Assembly: GCA_043756865.1 (NCBI GenBank)
Contig: JAYUQG010000005.1
Coordinates: forward strand, 40,614 to 104,613
Direction of reading: 5' to 3'
Length of the DNA: 64,000 nt
From: a bacterium
GTDB lineage: Bacteria > Patescibacteriota > Minisyncoccia > Phycocordibacterales > UBA6899
The first letter of the stretch is position 1; each line of letters opens with the position of its first letter. Made by a program: the position numbers and the translations under genes. Shown in pieces: positions 8,739-18,566 of the stretch. The notes under the pieces were generated by a model. That model saw only the letters and a list, made by a program, of their open reading frames with translations, was not told where the DNA came from and made no database searches.

Positions 8739-10370
8739 CTATTGTGTGAGCACAGGCAGTGCGGCACGGAATGTGGTTCCGACACCTACTTTACTTGTAA
8801 AAGTAAGGCTTCCTCCGTGATGCTCTGCGACACTTTTCGCCACGAACAAGCCAAGTCCGCTTCCGTCGGTGACAATCTTCACTGCGTTGGTGGCCCTGTA
8901 AAACTTAGAAAAAATATTTTTTTGCTCATGCTCGGGAATGCCTATGCCCGTATCGGTGATGCTAACCACCAGCGTATCTTCCTCCTGCGTAAGTCCAATA
9001 GTTACCTTTCCACCCTGTGGTGTGTAGCGCATTGCGTTTTCAAGAATATTCTCAAAAAGAAATCGTATTTTCTCAGGGTCTACAAGCACTTTGGGGTAAC
9101 CCCCCTCTCCTTGTGCTTCTGCTTGTGTGTAAATAAGTTCAATGCCTTTTCCCTTTGCGACGGGGGTAAAGTCGCCAAGCATACTCCTGAGAATATCTTC
9201 AAGCGCTAGTGCGTATAAAGTGAACTTCATTTTTCCACTCTCAATACGGGTAACGGTAAGCATGTCATCTACAAGTCTTATCATGCGATTATTACTCTCT
9301 TCGCCCTTGATGAGATATCCCTTTTGTTCAGGTGCAAGCTCACCTAGGTGTCCCTCAAGTAGTACACTAAAAATCCACCTGACTGCAGATAGGGGGGTGC
9401 GTAGCTGGTGAGCTGCTATCGAAAGGAATTCTGATTTAATTTTGTCGAGTTCTTGTAGCTTTTCATTCGCGACTGTCAGTTCCTTGCCTCGCTTAAGGAG
9501 TAGTGTTGCACGGTTATCCAGCTCTGCATTTGCCGCATTGAGTGTGATCACTTTTTCGTCTAATTCCTTGGTACGTTCATGTACCTGTGACTCCAGTCCT
9601 ATCGTATAGCTTTCTACGGTGCTCGCCATCTCATTGAATACTCGTGCGAGCTCTCCAATTTCGTCGCGAGAAGTGATGTTGGCACGCACCGTATGGTCTC
9701 CCTCCGAAAACCTTTTTGCAACCCCAATGAGTGCAAGTGTCGGCTTCGTGAGCATTCGAGCTATGAAGACTGAGACAATGATTGCGGTGACAAACAGCGT
9801 GAGCATAAAATACAGCACGCTCACGATGGTCTGTTCGATGATGAGCCCCACTCCTGCTATTTGCTCATCTACCTTTCTCCGTGACTCTAGTGCAAGCTCA
9901 TCAAGTGTTTGCGAAATGTCGCTTATGCGTGCATAGGTATTGAGGATTTGATTATTCAGTAATCCTGCCGCTTCACCTCGCAAGTTGAGTGACAACAGCA
10001 GATTAATTTCTCTGCCGAGCGATGCACCTTCCGTCATCACACTACGGTATTCAGGGCGGTCTTCTGAAATCGCGCCCTCCCCATTCACGAGTGCAGTTAA
10101 CTTCTGCTCAAGTAATTCATTGTCGCTAGCAATACGCTTGCGATATTCTTCTCCACTAATGGTGAGGTATTGGTCAAGATGGTTCTCCATATCCCTGACA
10201 ATTTGCTGCACCTCGATGATACGGTCTCGGAGTTCTTCACTCGGAGTGAGGCTGGCAACCACATTTTGTATTACGGTAAGTGAAAGAAATGCCCCAGCCA
10301 CCATAACAATCGCCAAGATCATGACAACAGCAAAGCCTGAAAGTATTTTTTCGCGTATGTTCCAATGCAT
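8739..10370 (-). CDS. sensor histidine kinase (TM, HAMP, coiled-coil, HisKA, HATPase_c)
   Basis: H-box SIAAHQLRTPLSAV; N, G1 and G2 boxes (DTGIGIP, GSGLGL). Confidence 0.8.
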   Translation of the reverse strand: MHWNIREKILSGFAVVMILAIVMVAGAFLSLTVIQNVVASLTPSEELRDRIIEVQQIVRDMENHLDQYLTISGEEYRKRIASDNELLEQKLTALVNGEGAISEDRPEYRSVMTEGASLGREINLLLSLNLRGEAAGLLNNQILNTYARISDISQTLDELALESRRKVDEQIAGVGLIIEQTIVSVLYFMLTLFVTAIIVSVFIARMLTKPTLALIGVAKRFSEGDHTVRANITSRDEIGELARVFNEMASTVESYTIGLESQVHERTKELDEKVITLNAANAELDNRATLLLKRGKELTVANEKLQELDKIKSEFLSIAAHQLRTPLSAVRWIFSVLLEGHLGELAPEQKGYLIKGEESNNRMIRLVDDMLTVTRIESGKMKFTLYALALEDILRSMLGDFTPVAKGKGIELIYTQAEAQGEGGYPKVLVDPEKIRFLFENILENAMRYTPQGGKVTIGLTQEEDTLVVSITDTGIGIPEHEQKNIFSKFYRATNAVKIVTDGSGLGLFVAKSVAEHHGGSLTFTSKVGVGTTFRAALPVLTQ

Positions 10371-10387
10371 GATGTTATTTCGAATGA

Positions 10388-11461
10388 CTACTTCGCAACT
10401 TGAGCGTTCTTGAGAATATTGGGTGGAAGCACAATGCCGAGCTTTTCTGCAAGTACGAGATTGACATACAGTGCTCCTTTTTCATTTTTCACAATAGGAA
10501 TACTTGCAGGGCTGGTGCCGTCGAGAATACGAAGGGTAGTAACCCCTGCCCACTCTCCCTGTTCGTTGGGAATTTTGGTTATTCCGAGTACCGACTCCTT
10601 CATCGTCCAAGGGTTGGTTGTTCCGACCGGTACGCGTATGTTTGCTTTGGCGAATTCCTCTGCTGCATTGTCGTTCCAGTCAAGAATTCCTGCGTTATTT
10701 TCAAAAATTATCAGGTCAGTCTCACTCTGGAGTGCGAGAAATGCCTTTTTCCATGACTCCATGTCTTTCACAAAGTAAGATTTTTCAAATTTCAAAGCAA
10801 AAAGTTTTTCGTAGTAGGTAAGGTTTTTTCTCTCCGTTTCGGTATCCGCAGAAAGGTATCCAAGGCGGTCACCCTTTGTGAATGGCTTGAGGTGGTCAAT
10901 AATTTGGGTGGTCAGACTTACCTCAACCATTCCTGTGGTGTTGGTATATGGGGCGCCGTACCCTGATGCGTCCCAATTTAACCCCACAAACACTACAGGG
11001 AGGGGAGCATCCTTGTAGGACTCCTGCACTATGTACTTAAATGCGTTGTCGTCAGAGACAATGAGTACATCGGGAAGAAATGTTTTGATTTCCGCCGCCG
11101 CTCTTGCCGCCGCCGCTTTTTTCCATTCTTCGGTGGGATTGCGCTTTGTGTCCATGCGTACGACACGCAACTCTACACCCGAACCTGCTAATTCCTTTTT
11201 GATTCCCGTGGTAATCCCATCACTCCACTCATAACCCTCGTGATAGGAGTCTATGAAGAGGATCTTTTTCCCCATATATTTTTCTGCCACGAGCGGAGTT
11301 TCCACGGTAGTGGGGGAGACAGTGGGAGTCTTAAAAGAAATAAACATATACGCACCAAACAAAAGTACGCAAAGTAAGCCAATGATTACATAAACCTTTG
11401 ATGAATTCATGCTTTGCTGTTCGACTGCTTGCGTTGGGGGAACCGTAGGCTCTGTTTCCAT
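10388..11461 (-). CDS. membrane-anchored periplasmic solute-binding-like protein (ABC_sub_bind/BMP-like) co-operonic with the two-component system
   Basis: TM anchor then an alpha/beta binding-protein-like fold; start moved to METEP because the longer ORF N-terminus looks non-coding. Confidence 0.5.
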   Translation of the reverse strand: METEPTVPPTQAVEQQSMNSSKVYVIIGLLCVLLFGAYMFISFKTPTVSPTTVETPLVAEKYMGKKILFIDSYHEGYEWSDGITTGIKKELAGSGVELRVVRMDTKRNPTEEWKKAAAARAAAEIKTFLPDVLIVSDDNAFKYIVQESYKDAPLPVVFVGLNWDASGYGAPYTNTTGMVEVSLTTQIIDHLKPFTKGDRLGYLSADTETERKNLTYYEKLFALKFEKSYFVKDMESWKKAFLALQSETDLIIFENNAGILDWNDNAAEEFAKANIRVPVGTTNPWTMKESVLGITKIPNEQGEWAGVTTLRILDGTSPASIPIVKNEKGALYVNLVLAEKLGIVLPPNILKNAQVAK

Positions 11462-11683
11462 ATAAAAAGAAAATTTATAATTACTTGCGCTCTGATCGGC
11501 CCTTATGAGGGGATCATACATAAAAATTATAGCATGGTAAGTACAATAATGGGGAAAGTGTTCCCCACTTAAGAGGGGACCTGCATACGAGGGGTACTTA
11601 GGCCCTCTTTGCATGTCTTTGAGAAGAAAAATACCAGCGGAGAAAAAAACTATACAGGTAATTATTAGCCAGTCAGCAGGACC

Positions 11684-12044
11684 TGTGGGCGATAGAGGAA
11701 TGTCGACCCTTACAGGGTCAGTACCCCTTTCACCACGGAGAGTGCTTTATTTTTCTAAGACGGAGTACCGTTAAGAAAAATTAGTCGCCCATTTTTACAG
11801 ATTAGGAAATCCTTAAAAATATGGGAGAAGGGCTTCGACTCCTCTGGCAAAAGCCAAGCAGTTTTGGGGGAGTCGGTCACGAGTCACTAAGTTTTTTAGC
11901 GCAAAGCCTAACTAAAAAACAAAGTGCTCTCGACCCCGGCTCGCCATCTCGCCAGGCCTCGATATTGGCTTGCGCCTTTCGACTCCTCTATCGCACGCAC
12001 AATGGAAAAGCAAAAGCACTCCTACGGAGTGCTTTTAGCCATTG
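11684..12044. repeat. composite tRNA-linked repeat: degenerate copy of the tRNA-Val 3' end, a tac-loop hairpin + CAGTACCCCTTTC, spacer, ATATGGGAGAAGGGCTTCGACTCC box, gcag-loop hairpin, long inverted repeat
   Basis: Blocks shared with copies at 45440-45756, 46190-46437, 50598-50690, 51601-52281 and 63170-63404. Confidence 0.6.
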
Positions 12045-12117
12045 TGGGCGATAGAGGAGTCGAACCTCTGACATCCACTACGTCAAAGTGGCGCTCTACC
12101 AACTGAGCTAACCGCCC
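12045..12117 (-). tRNA. tRNA-Val (anticodon GAC), no encoded CCA
   Basis: Manual fold: acceptor GGGCGGT/ATCGCCC, D-arm GCTCAGTTGGTAGAGC, anticodon loop TTGACGT, T-arm AGAGG-TTCGACT-CCTCT. Confidence 0.85.
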
Positions 12118-12125
12118 AACTTTTT

Positions 12126-12233
12126 AGAACGTACTTATGCTTCCACGCGTTACCTACCAAAACAGCATAACCGCCTATTTTCAGAACATGCCTATGCTTT
12201 CACGCGTTGCGTACTAAAACAGCATAACTGCCC
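12126..12233. repeat. two tandem ~51-bp direct repeats immediately upstream of tRNA-Val (possible duplicated promoter)
   Basis: agaacgtacttatgcttccacgcgttacctaccaaaacagcataaccgcc repeated with about 80% identity. Confidence 0.5.
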
Positions 12234-12382
12234 TTAATATTAGGATACTAGCACACCTGTTTTTGTTGAACAATATGCCTATAATTCTCGCTTTTCCCCG
12301 CTTTGTTAGCTATTTGACAACTTGCTTGCAATATTTCAAAAGGGGTATAACCTAAAAACAGGCTGTAGTCTTTCAATTTTCT

Positions 12383-14035
12383 TTGAAAAGGGGAATAGAC
12401 GTGAAGAACAATCTTCTCTGTGCCGTAAGGCTCTCCGCAGTCTTCATACTGCTTGCGGTTACCCAAGCGTGTGCGCAAACACCAGCAGAACGTGCAGGTA
12501 TTCTGTCACTCAAGGCGATTTCGCTAACCAGTGCCACGTGCAACATCTATCCGGCAATGAGCGATGTGCCGGCATGCGTGGATAAGGTTGTGCGCAAGAT
12601 TCTCATCGACCGCGATGTGAATCCTGAGCGCACTGAAGAGCTAATTCGTGAGCAAGCTGCGGCTGCTCCGACAAAGCATCCACCCAAGTTTAGAGACCTG
12701 TTGCGTAGCAAGGAGCAACTTGCGCAGCGTGTGCACGTGTACAAGCTTTTGGACATCATCGATGCTGCGTGTGCCGTCCCACCCGCCATTACAGATTTCG
12801 AGAAGTGCATGGATGCTGCGTATCACAGCATCCTCACGGCGCGCGACCCTCATTCTGCGTACTTTAATGAAGCTGAGCTGCTCGAGTTCCGAAGACAGAT
12901 GAGTGGAAACCTTCAAGGCATCGGTATTGAAATCGGACTAGCCGGCGACAAGTCCATCGGCGTCGTGCGCGTGATGGAAGGTTCGCCTGCGGAGAAGTCG
13001 GGAATACAAGACGGTGACCGCATTGTTACCATCATCAACGGCGATGTGCGTGAGCCCGTGTCTTCGTTTCCGCACATCGGTGAAGCCATTAAGAAAGTAA
13101 AGGGTGAGCCGAACACCAGCGTCACTCTGGAAATTCTTCGTGGTGAAGCAGATCAGAAGCTTACGCTTACTGTCGTACGCGCTGCTATTGCGGTTCCCCA
13201 TGTAAAGTCCGAAATTCTTTCGCTTCCAAATGACCCGAAAACGCAGTTTGCGTATATTCGACTCACTCAGTTCGGAAGCACACTTCGTCAGCAAATGGTG
13301 GATGCGGTCAAGGGAGTCCTCAAGACGAACCCAAACCTGAAGGGTTTCATATTCGACGTACGCGGTAACCCTGGGGGTGATCTCGGGCAGGCACACGAGG
13401 CCTCCGATGCCCTCGTGAACAGCCCTGAGCCACTTATCTCCATCCGAGATAATTTGGGTGTGCATGCGTATGGAACAGCATCAGACGAACGCATGCCTGA
13501 ACCGCAACCGGGTGACATCACGAACGGTCTTCCGATTGCAGTTCTGATCAATGGGCGTTCTGCTTCTGCATCAGAGATCTTTGCGGGAATCCTTCAGGAA
13601 CTTGAGCGTTCGGTGACGATGGGCGAACCCTCGTGGCAAAAAGGCTCCGTGCAACGCGTCACTCCACTAAGCGATCGGACTGCAACGAAGACGACGGAAG
13701 CTGAGTACTTGATCGGCTCACCAGCAAAGTGGGTTGCCGTGCAGTGCTTCGGGGTCACTCCCGATATCCCGTATGTGTCCGAAGGCACGATCAGTCCAGC
13801 CGTTACAAAGAATGATTGTGACTTTGATGGTTCAATCACCTCCGGCGGAGCTTCAAGCCACCCTGGTCGTGTGCGCGCACCACTTGCCGAGCGCAATCCT
13901 GCACTCTATGCAATGGGGCTGCAAATGCTCGAAGCGGTCAAAGTTCTTGACCACAAGACATTTGTTCGGTTTGAACGCATCAAAAAGATGCTAAAAATCA
14001 AAGATCCGGTAAAGTCTCAGACTCCGGAAGAATAA
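12383..14035 (+). CDS. ctpA: C-terminal processing (tail-specific) peptidase, S41 family with PDZ domain
   Basis: Signal peptide; PDZ segment GIGIEIGLAGDKSIGVVRVMEGSPAEKSGIQDGDRIV; S41 motif FDVRGNPGG; non-ATG start (TTG 12383 or GTG 12401). Confidence 0.7.
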   Translation: MKRGIDVKNNLLCAVRLSAVFILLAVTQACAQTPAERAGILSLKAISLTSATCNIYPAMSDVPACVDKVVRKILIDRDVNPERTEELIREQAAAAPTKHPPKFRDLLRSKEQLAQRVHVYKLLDIIDAACAVPPAITDFEKCMDAAYHSILTARDPHSAYFNEAELLEFRRQMSGNLQGIGIEIGLAGDKSIGVVRVMEGSPAEKSGIQDGDRIVTIINGDVREPVSSFPHIGEAIKKVKGEPNTSVTLEILRGEADQKLTLTVVRAAIAVPHVKSEILSLPNDPKTQFAYIRLTQFGSTLRQQMVDAVKGVLKTNPNLKGFIFDVRGNPGGDLGQAHEASDALVNSPEPLISIRDNLGVHAYGTASDERMPEPQPGDITNGLPIAVLINGRSASASEIFAGILQELERSVTMGEPSWQKGSVQRVTPLSDRTATKTTEAEYLIGSPAKWVAVQCFGVTPDIPYVSEGTISPAVTKNDCDFDGSITSGGASSHPGRVRAPLAERNPALYAMGLQMLEAVKVLDHKTFVRFERIKKMLKIKDPVKSQTPEE

Positions 14036-14042
14036 GACCAGC

Positions 14043-14075
14043 AAAAACCCCCGCTTAGGCGGGGATTTTCTTTTT
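14043..14075. terminator. bidirectional intrinsic terminator between ctpA and trxB (cccccgc-ttag-gcggggg flanked by A and T runs)
   Basis: GC hairpin with an A-tract upstream and a T-tract downstream. Confidence 0.6.
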
Positions 14076-14093
14076 AAATGCAATATTTCATTT

Positions 14094-15017
14094 TTATTTT
14101 GTGTGCAGGTGCATATAGATATCCTCAAGCGCAAGTACTGCGTCTCCTGCAGCAATATTGTTTTGGTGATAGAGGACGTCGGTGCAGTCTCCCGCAGCCC
14201 AAATGCCGGGAGTCTTGGTCGCTTGTGTGCGCGGGTCGGTGACCACTTGTCCGTATGCATTAAGTTCAACAAGGCCTTTTACATAGTCGGTGGCAGGCAC
14301 AAGTCCAACTTCCACGAAGATTCCTCCGCAAGGGATTTCCTTGACTTGGCCGTCATTCATATCCTTGTACACCATAGTGGTCACAAAGTTTTCACCCCTG
14401 ACTTCGACAAGCTCAGTGTTGGTGATGCCTTTCATTTTGGGATTCGAAAGTACTTTTTGTACGGTCACGGGGTCAGCGCGATACTCTGCGCCTCGTTGGA
14501 GCAGTGTGACTGATTTCGTGTATGCCAGTAGTTGGGCGGCAGTCTCAAACCCTGCATTGCCACCACCGATGACCACCACGTCCTTTCCGGCAAAAAGTGG
14601 TCCATCACATGAAGCACAATAGGTAATTCCTTTGTTTTCATATTCTGCAGCACCGGGGATTTCAAGCTTGCGACGCTTGCTTCCAGACGCAATCAATACG
14701 GTTTTTGTCTCGTGCGTCGCACCCGCATCAGTGGTGACTTTGAAGAATTCTCCAGACTTCTCGATTTTCGTGACGAGTTCATGCTCCTTGATCTCAACAA
14801 CATCTGATTTATACGCCTCGAGGTGTGCCTTCAGGTCCTCTGCGAGCTTCGTGCCGGGGATATTGATAGTCCCAATCCAGTTCTGAATACCGTCAGACAC
14901 AGTGGACTGTCCGCCCCACTCATACGTTACAAAAAGTGTTTTAAGTCGTTTGCGAGCCGCATAGACACCTGCTGCTACTCCCGCCGGACCCCCACCTATG
15001 ATAATTAAATCAAACAT
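14094..15017 (-). CDS. trxB: thioredoxin-disulfide reductase
   Basis: GGGPAG FAD motif; redox-active CASCDG; second GGGNAG NADPH motif. Confidence 0.85.
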   Translation of the reverse strand: MFDLIIIGGGPAGVAAGVYAARKRLKTLFVTYEWGGQSTVSDGIQNWIGTINIPGTKLAEDLKAHLEAYKSDVVEIKEHELVTKIEKSGEFFKVTTDAGATHETKTVLIASGSKRRKLEIPGAAEYENKGITYCASCDGPLFAGKDVVVIGGGNAGFETAAQLLAYTKSVTLLQRGAEYRADPVTVQKVLSNPKMKGITNTELVEVRGENFVTTMVYKDMNDGQVKEIPCGGIFVEVGLVPATDYVKGLVELNAYGQVVTDPRTQATKTPGIWAAGDCTDVLYHQNNIAAGDAVLALEDIYMHLHTK

Positions 15018-15177
15018 AATAGATAAATTTTACTAAATTATAACACTGTAATAGATCTCGCACTTCGATAAAAATTTAGATGAGTTGCGAGGCGACGAGA
15101 TGCAATGCGTGCATGCTGTACGAGTTGTACTGCTTGTGCGCATTGCATTGAAGTCAACAAAGCAAATCGCTGAATTT

Positions 15178-16440
15178 TTATCGAAGCTTTGAGCGACGGA
15201 GGAAGGAAGGTATAACTCCAAGATCATCATCATCCTCATCCTCTTCAATAAACTTTGGAGTTTCTTGCTCACGCTTTACCGAAATAGTACGTTGCTTCTC
15301 TTCGGGGACAGTGTTAAAGATGGCACGCTCAGCATCGTTTTTGTCCTTTCGCACTGCGTCAGAAAATTTTTCTTCATGTCGTGCAAACAATGTCTCGTCC
15401 TTTTCCTCAGCTTCGACTTCTTCACGCGCAGGTGGAGCCTCCTTTTCTCGTTCACGCTCTCTTGCCTGCGCAGCTTTGCGATTACGTCCGTCAGGGAAGC
15501 CCGACGCAATAACGGTAATTTTCAGCTCGCCTTTGCGGAGTTTTGGATCAATAATAGCTCCAAAGATGACACGCGCGTTTACGTCTGTCGACTCCGTGAT
15601 AACCTTAGCGGCTTCCTGAACCTCGTTCATGGTCATGTCTTCACCGCCTGCGATTGCAAAGAGTACTCCGCGGGCACCATTGATTGATACGTCGAGTAAT
15701 GGGGAGTTGATGGCGATACGCGCCGCATCCACAGCACGGTTCTCGCCCGAGGAAAGCCCGATACCCATGAGTGCGGTACCTGCATCCGCCATGATCGCTT
15801 TAATGTCAGCAAAGTCGACATTAATAAGTCCCGGAGTCGTGATGAGGTCAGATATGCCCTCGACTGCTTGTCGGAGGACTTCATCGCACTGGGCAAACGC
15901 GGTGAGCACGGTGGTGTCTTTTGAGGAATTCAACAGTTTGTCATTCGGAATAACAATTAGTGCATCCACCTCAGCCTCGAGTGCTTCAAGCCCTTTGTCG
16001 GCAAGAAACATGCGCTGTGTTCCTTCAAAAAAGAAAGGCTTTGTGACCACGCCTATCGTGAGCGCATTGAGCTCGCGCGCAGTACGTGCAAATACCGGTG
16101 ATGCGCCTGTACCCGTACCTCCACCCATCCCGCTTGCAATGAAGACCATGTCGGCACCCTTGAGCGCCTCTTGAATTTCCTCTTTGGTTTCCTCGGCAGC
16201 ACGCCTTCCGAGCTCAGGGTTCATGCCCGTACCTAAGCCTCTGGTTAGGTTTTTTCCGATGTGAATTTTCTTGCCGGCAAGCGAATTGTGCAAATCTTGC
16301 GCATCCGTGTTTGCGACAATGAACTCGACCCCTCCCACCTTCGAGCGCACCATGTGGTTGACTGCGTTGCGGCCGGAACCTCCGACACCAACAACTTTGA
16401 TGCGCGCAAATGCTTCTATCTCCGGATTGACTTTGGGCAT
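15178..16440 (-). CDS. ftsZ: cell division protein FtsZ
   Basis: GGGTGTG tubulin signature; conserved C-terminal peptide DDLGVIPSFLRR. Confidence 0.9.
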   Translation of the reverse strand: MPKVNPEIEAFARIKVVGVGGSGRNAVNHMVRSKVGGVEFIVANTDAQDLHNSLAGKKIHIGKNLTRGLGTGMNPELGRRAAEETKEEIQEALKGADMVFIASGMGGGTGTGASPVFARTARELNALTIGVVTKPFFFEGTQRMFLADKGLEALEAEVDALIVIPNDKLLNSSKDTTVLTAFAQCDEVLRQAVEGISDLITTPGLINVDFADIKAIMADAGTALMGIGLSSGENRAVDAARIAINSPLLDVSINGARGVLFAIAGGEDMTMNEVQEAAKVITESTDVNARVIFGAIIDPKLRKGELKITVIASGFPDGRNRKAAQAREREREKEAPPAREEVEAEEKDETLFARHEEKFSDAVRKDKNDAERAIFNTVPEEKQRTISVKREQETPKFIEEDEDDDDLGVIPSFLRRSKLR

Positions 16441-16554
16441 GATAATAATTAATTGGGGCGCCTCCTCATGGCACCAGATTACTCAGTAATACATAGGAGT
16501 ATATCAAATCAGGCTCTGAAAGAGAACAAATGGTGCATTGCCGACTGCACGCGT

Positions 16555-17766
16555 TTATGGCATGAGTTGCTTGAGCAGATTTCCCAAGGATTCTTTTATG
16601 TGTTGAAACATTCCCGCTCCTGCCTGGAGTGACGGTCGGTCGTTTGTCGCTCCCCAAATTGCGAGCCCGTAAGCCACAAACCATGATGTGTCTTTGACTT
16701 GTTTCTTCGATTTTGGGTTATTGGGAAAATCAATATTTGAAACGGGAATCTTGGAAGGTAATCGGGTTGCCGCACGAGCAAAGTCCTCGATGGTTTCAAT
16801 GCCTGAGCCGCCTCCCGTGAGGACAATACCCGCAGGAAGCAACTCGTGTTTCCCGATGCGCTTTAAGTGCGCAATCACAAGACTAAACATGTCTTCAAGG
16901 CGGGAGAGAATAATGTCGTTTAGTTTTTTCTTCGGGAACTCGTGGCTACCTCTTCCAAGTTTGATTAGCTCTGCTTCTTCGAGTGGAATTTTGAGTCCGA
17001 GTGCGATGTCGTTGGTGATGTTTGTAGATCCAATAGGGAAGACCTCGAGCGAAATGGGTATTCCGTCTTCGTATACCACAAGCGAGATCGTTTCCGCACC
17101 AATGTTGGCAAGCACTACTCCTGCCATGCGCTGTGCTTTGGTGAGTGCCACAAATGATGCAGCGATAGGGGAGGCGCAAGCGTCAATGGGTTCAATCCCT
17201 GCTTCCTCAACTGCGCGTATCAAATCAGTGAGGTGCTGGTCAAGACATGCAATAATGAGGCACTTTGCTTCGAGCTTGAGTCCCTTCATGCCGGCAGGTC
17301 TTCCATATATCTTCTTGCCGTCAATCATGTATTCGATTGGTATGGTGTGGAGTATTTTTTTGTTTACTGCATTCTGCAGGTTCTGCTCACATGCACGATG
17401 TGCGCGCTCGACATCTGCTTCACTGATTTGTGAGTCTGCGCGCGAAATAATCGCAGCTCCTATTGCCTGTGTGCCTTCCAGTCCCACACCTCCGACAGAG
17501 AGGTATGCCTCGCGTATGTGTACTCCAGCGATTTGTTCAGCCTCTTCGACGGCAGCGCGAACGCTTTTGATGGCGTCAGCAATACTAATGATATAGCCGT
17601 GGCGAAGTCCGCGTGATTCGGATTTTCCCACTCCGATGATATGAGGTAGGCCTGTCCCTTCGGCATGCTCTGTAATTACCACGCGCACTGTGTGTGAGCC
17701 TATGTCTATTCCAGTGATGATACGTTTTGACATATGGTAAGAAAAAGTGATATACGCCTCGTCCAC
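16555..17766 (-). CDS. ftsA: cell division protein FtsA
   Basis: Actin-like ATPase fold, immediately upstream of ftsZ. Confidence 0.85.
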   Translation of the reverse strand: MDEAYITFSYHMSKRIITGIDIGSHTVRVVITEHAEGTGLPHIIGVGKSESRGLRHGYIISIADAIKSVRAAVEEAEQIAGVHIREAYLSVGGVGLEGTQAIGAAIISRADSQISEADVERAHRACEQNLQNAVNKKILHTIPIEYMIDGKKIYGRPAGMKGLKLEAKCLIIACLDQHLTDLIRAVEEAGIEPIDACASPIAASFVALTKAQRMAGVVLANIGAETISLVVYEDGIPISLEVFPIGSTNITNDIALGLKIPLEEAELIKLGRGSHEFPKKKLNDIILSRLEDMFSLVIAHLKRIGKHELLPAGIVLTGGGSGIETIEDFARAATRLPSKIPVSNIDFPNNPKSKKQVKDTSWFVAYGLAIWGATNDRPSLQAGAGMFQHIKESLGNLLKQLMP

Positions 17767-17775
17767 AATCAGAAA

Positions 17776-18105
17776 TCAAAAAGTATTCTTGATGTTGAAT
17801 TTCGAGAGTAGCTCGTGCTCTTCACCTTCCATTGTAGCGCCATGCGCGAATCCTTTCAAATGGAGCATGGAGTGGATAAACAAAAGTCCTACGAAATAGC
17901 GATAGGATTCCTCACGTGCGGTGTGTTCACGCTCGGCTTGTTTGAGGTTGAGAAATATTTCGCCCGTCTTCGTGTCGATGGGAAATGACAGTACATTCGG
18001 TATATATGCCTTGTTGCGATGTGCAAGATTCAGCTTCTTGGATTGTGCGTCACCGACAATGACCAGCGACAGATCGTAGGCGCTACCCATAACGGTTCGC
18101 TTCAT
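17776..18105 (-). CDS. ybeY: rRNA maturation RNase YbeY
   Basis: HSMLHLKGFAHG zinc motif; start trimmed to MKRTV to avoid overlap with rpsU. Confidence 0.65.
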   Translation of the reverse strand: MKRTVMGSAYDLSLVIVGDAQSKKLNLAHRNKAYIPNVLSFPIDTKTGEIFLNLKQAEREHTAREESYRYFVGLLFIHSMLHLKGFAHGATMEGEEHELLSKFNIKNTF

Positions 18106-18163
18106 AAGCGAAAAAGGCAGGGTTGGTATCCTGTCTTTTGTCAGTTTGGTGAGACCAAAGCGA

Positions 18164-18418
18164 CTACTTTCGCCCCATGTGTCCCTCGACTTTTTCGGGG
18201 ATCTTGCCAAGTTTTTTGAGTCGGTCATAGCTCTTACGTTTGTCCATAGAAACCAAAGCACGGCGCTTTGTCTTCAACTTAGACATTTTACGCTCAAAAT
18301 ATCGCTCTTCGCGCACCTTCATAAGTGCTTTTGTGCCTTGCACGCGCTTTGTAAAGCGACGGATAATAGCAGCTCCTGACTCGCTCCCTTGTTTCTTAAC
18401 TTCAGCAATGATTTTCAT
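18164..18418 (-). CDS. rpsU: 30S ribosomal protein S21
   Basis: Basic 84-aa protein with an S21-like core (IIRRFTKRVQGTKALMKVREERYFERK). Confidence 0.6.
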   Translation of the reverse strand: MKIIAEVKKQGSESGAAIIRRFTKRVQGTKALMKVREERYFERKMSKLKTKRRALVSMDKRKSYDRLKKLGKIPEKVEGHMGRK

Positions 18419-18566
18419 ACGTGGGGAAATCCTATCATGGGGTTATTTTTAACGCAATATCAAACACTCTGGGCATGCAAACTCGGGAGAAATCCGAAGT
18501 CACCCGTCTCTGTGGTAGATAGTACGGGGTCTTGGGGTTTCTCTTTTTGTTCAAAGATTTCAATTG

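Noticed and set aside
11684-12117. Genomic island or prophage integrated at tRNA-Val, suggested by the duplicated tRNA 3' end
   Set aside because: The two copies of the tRNA 3' end are only ~360 bp apart, with no integrase or cargo. Local tandem duplication and decay of the tRNA-trailer unit fits better.
16688-17596. 302-aa plus-strand ORF opposite ftsA, and similar long antisense ORFs opposite infB (54034..54540), clpB (60357..60884) and ctpA (12938..13465)
   Set aside because: Ser/Ala/Pro-rich shadow frames of strongly supported housekeeping genes.
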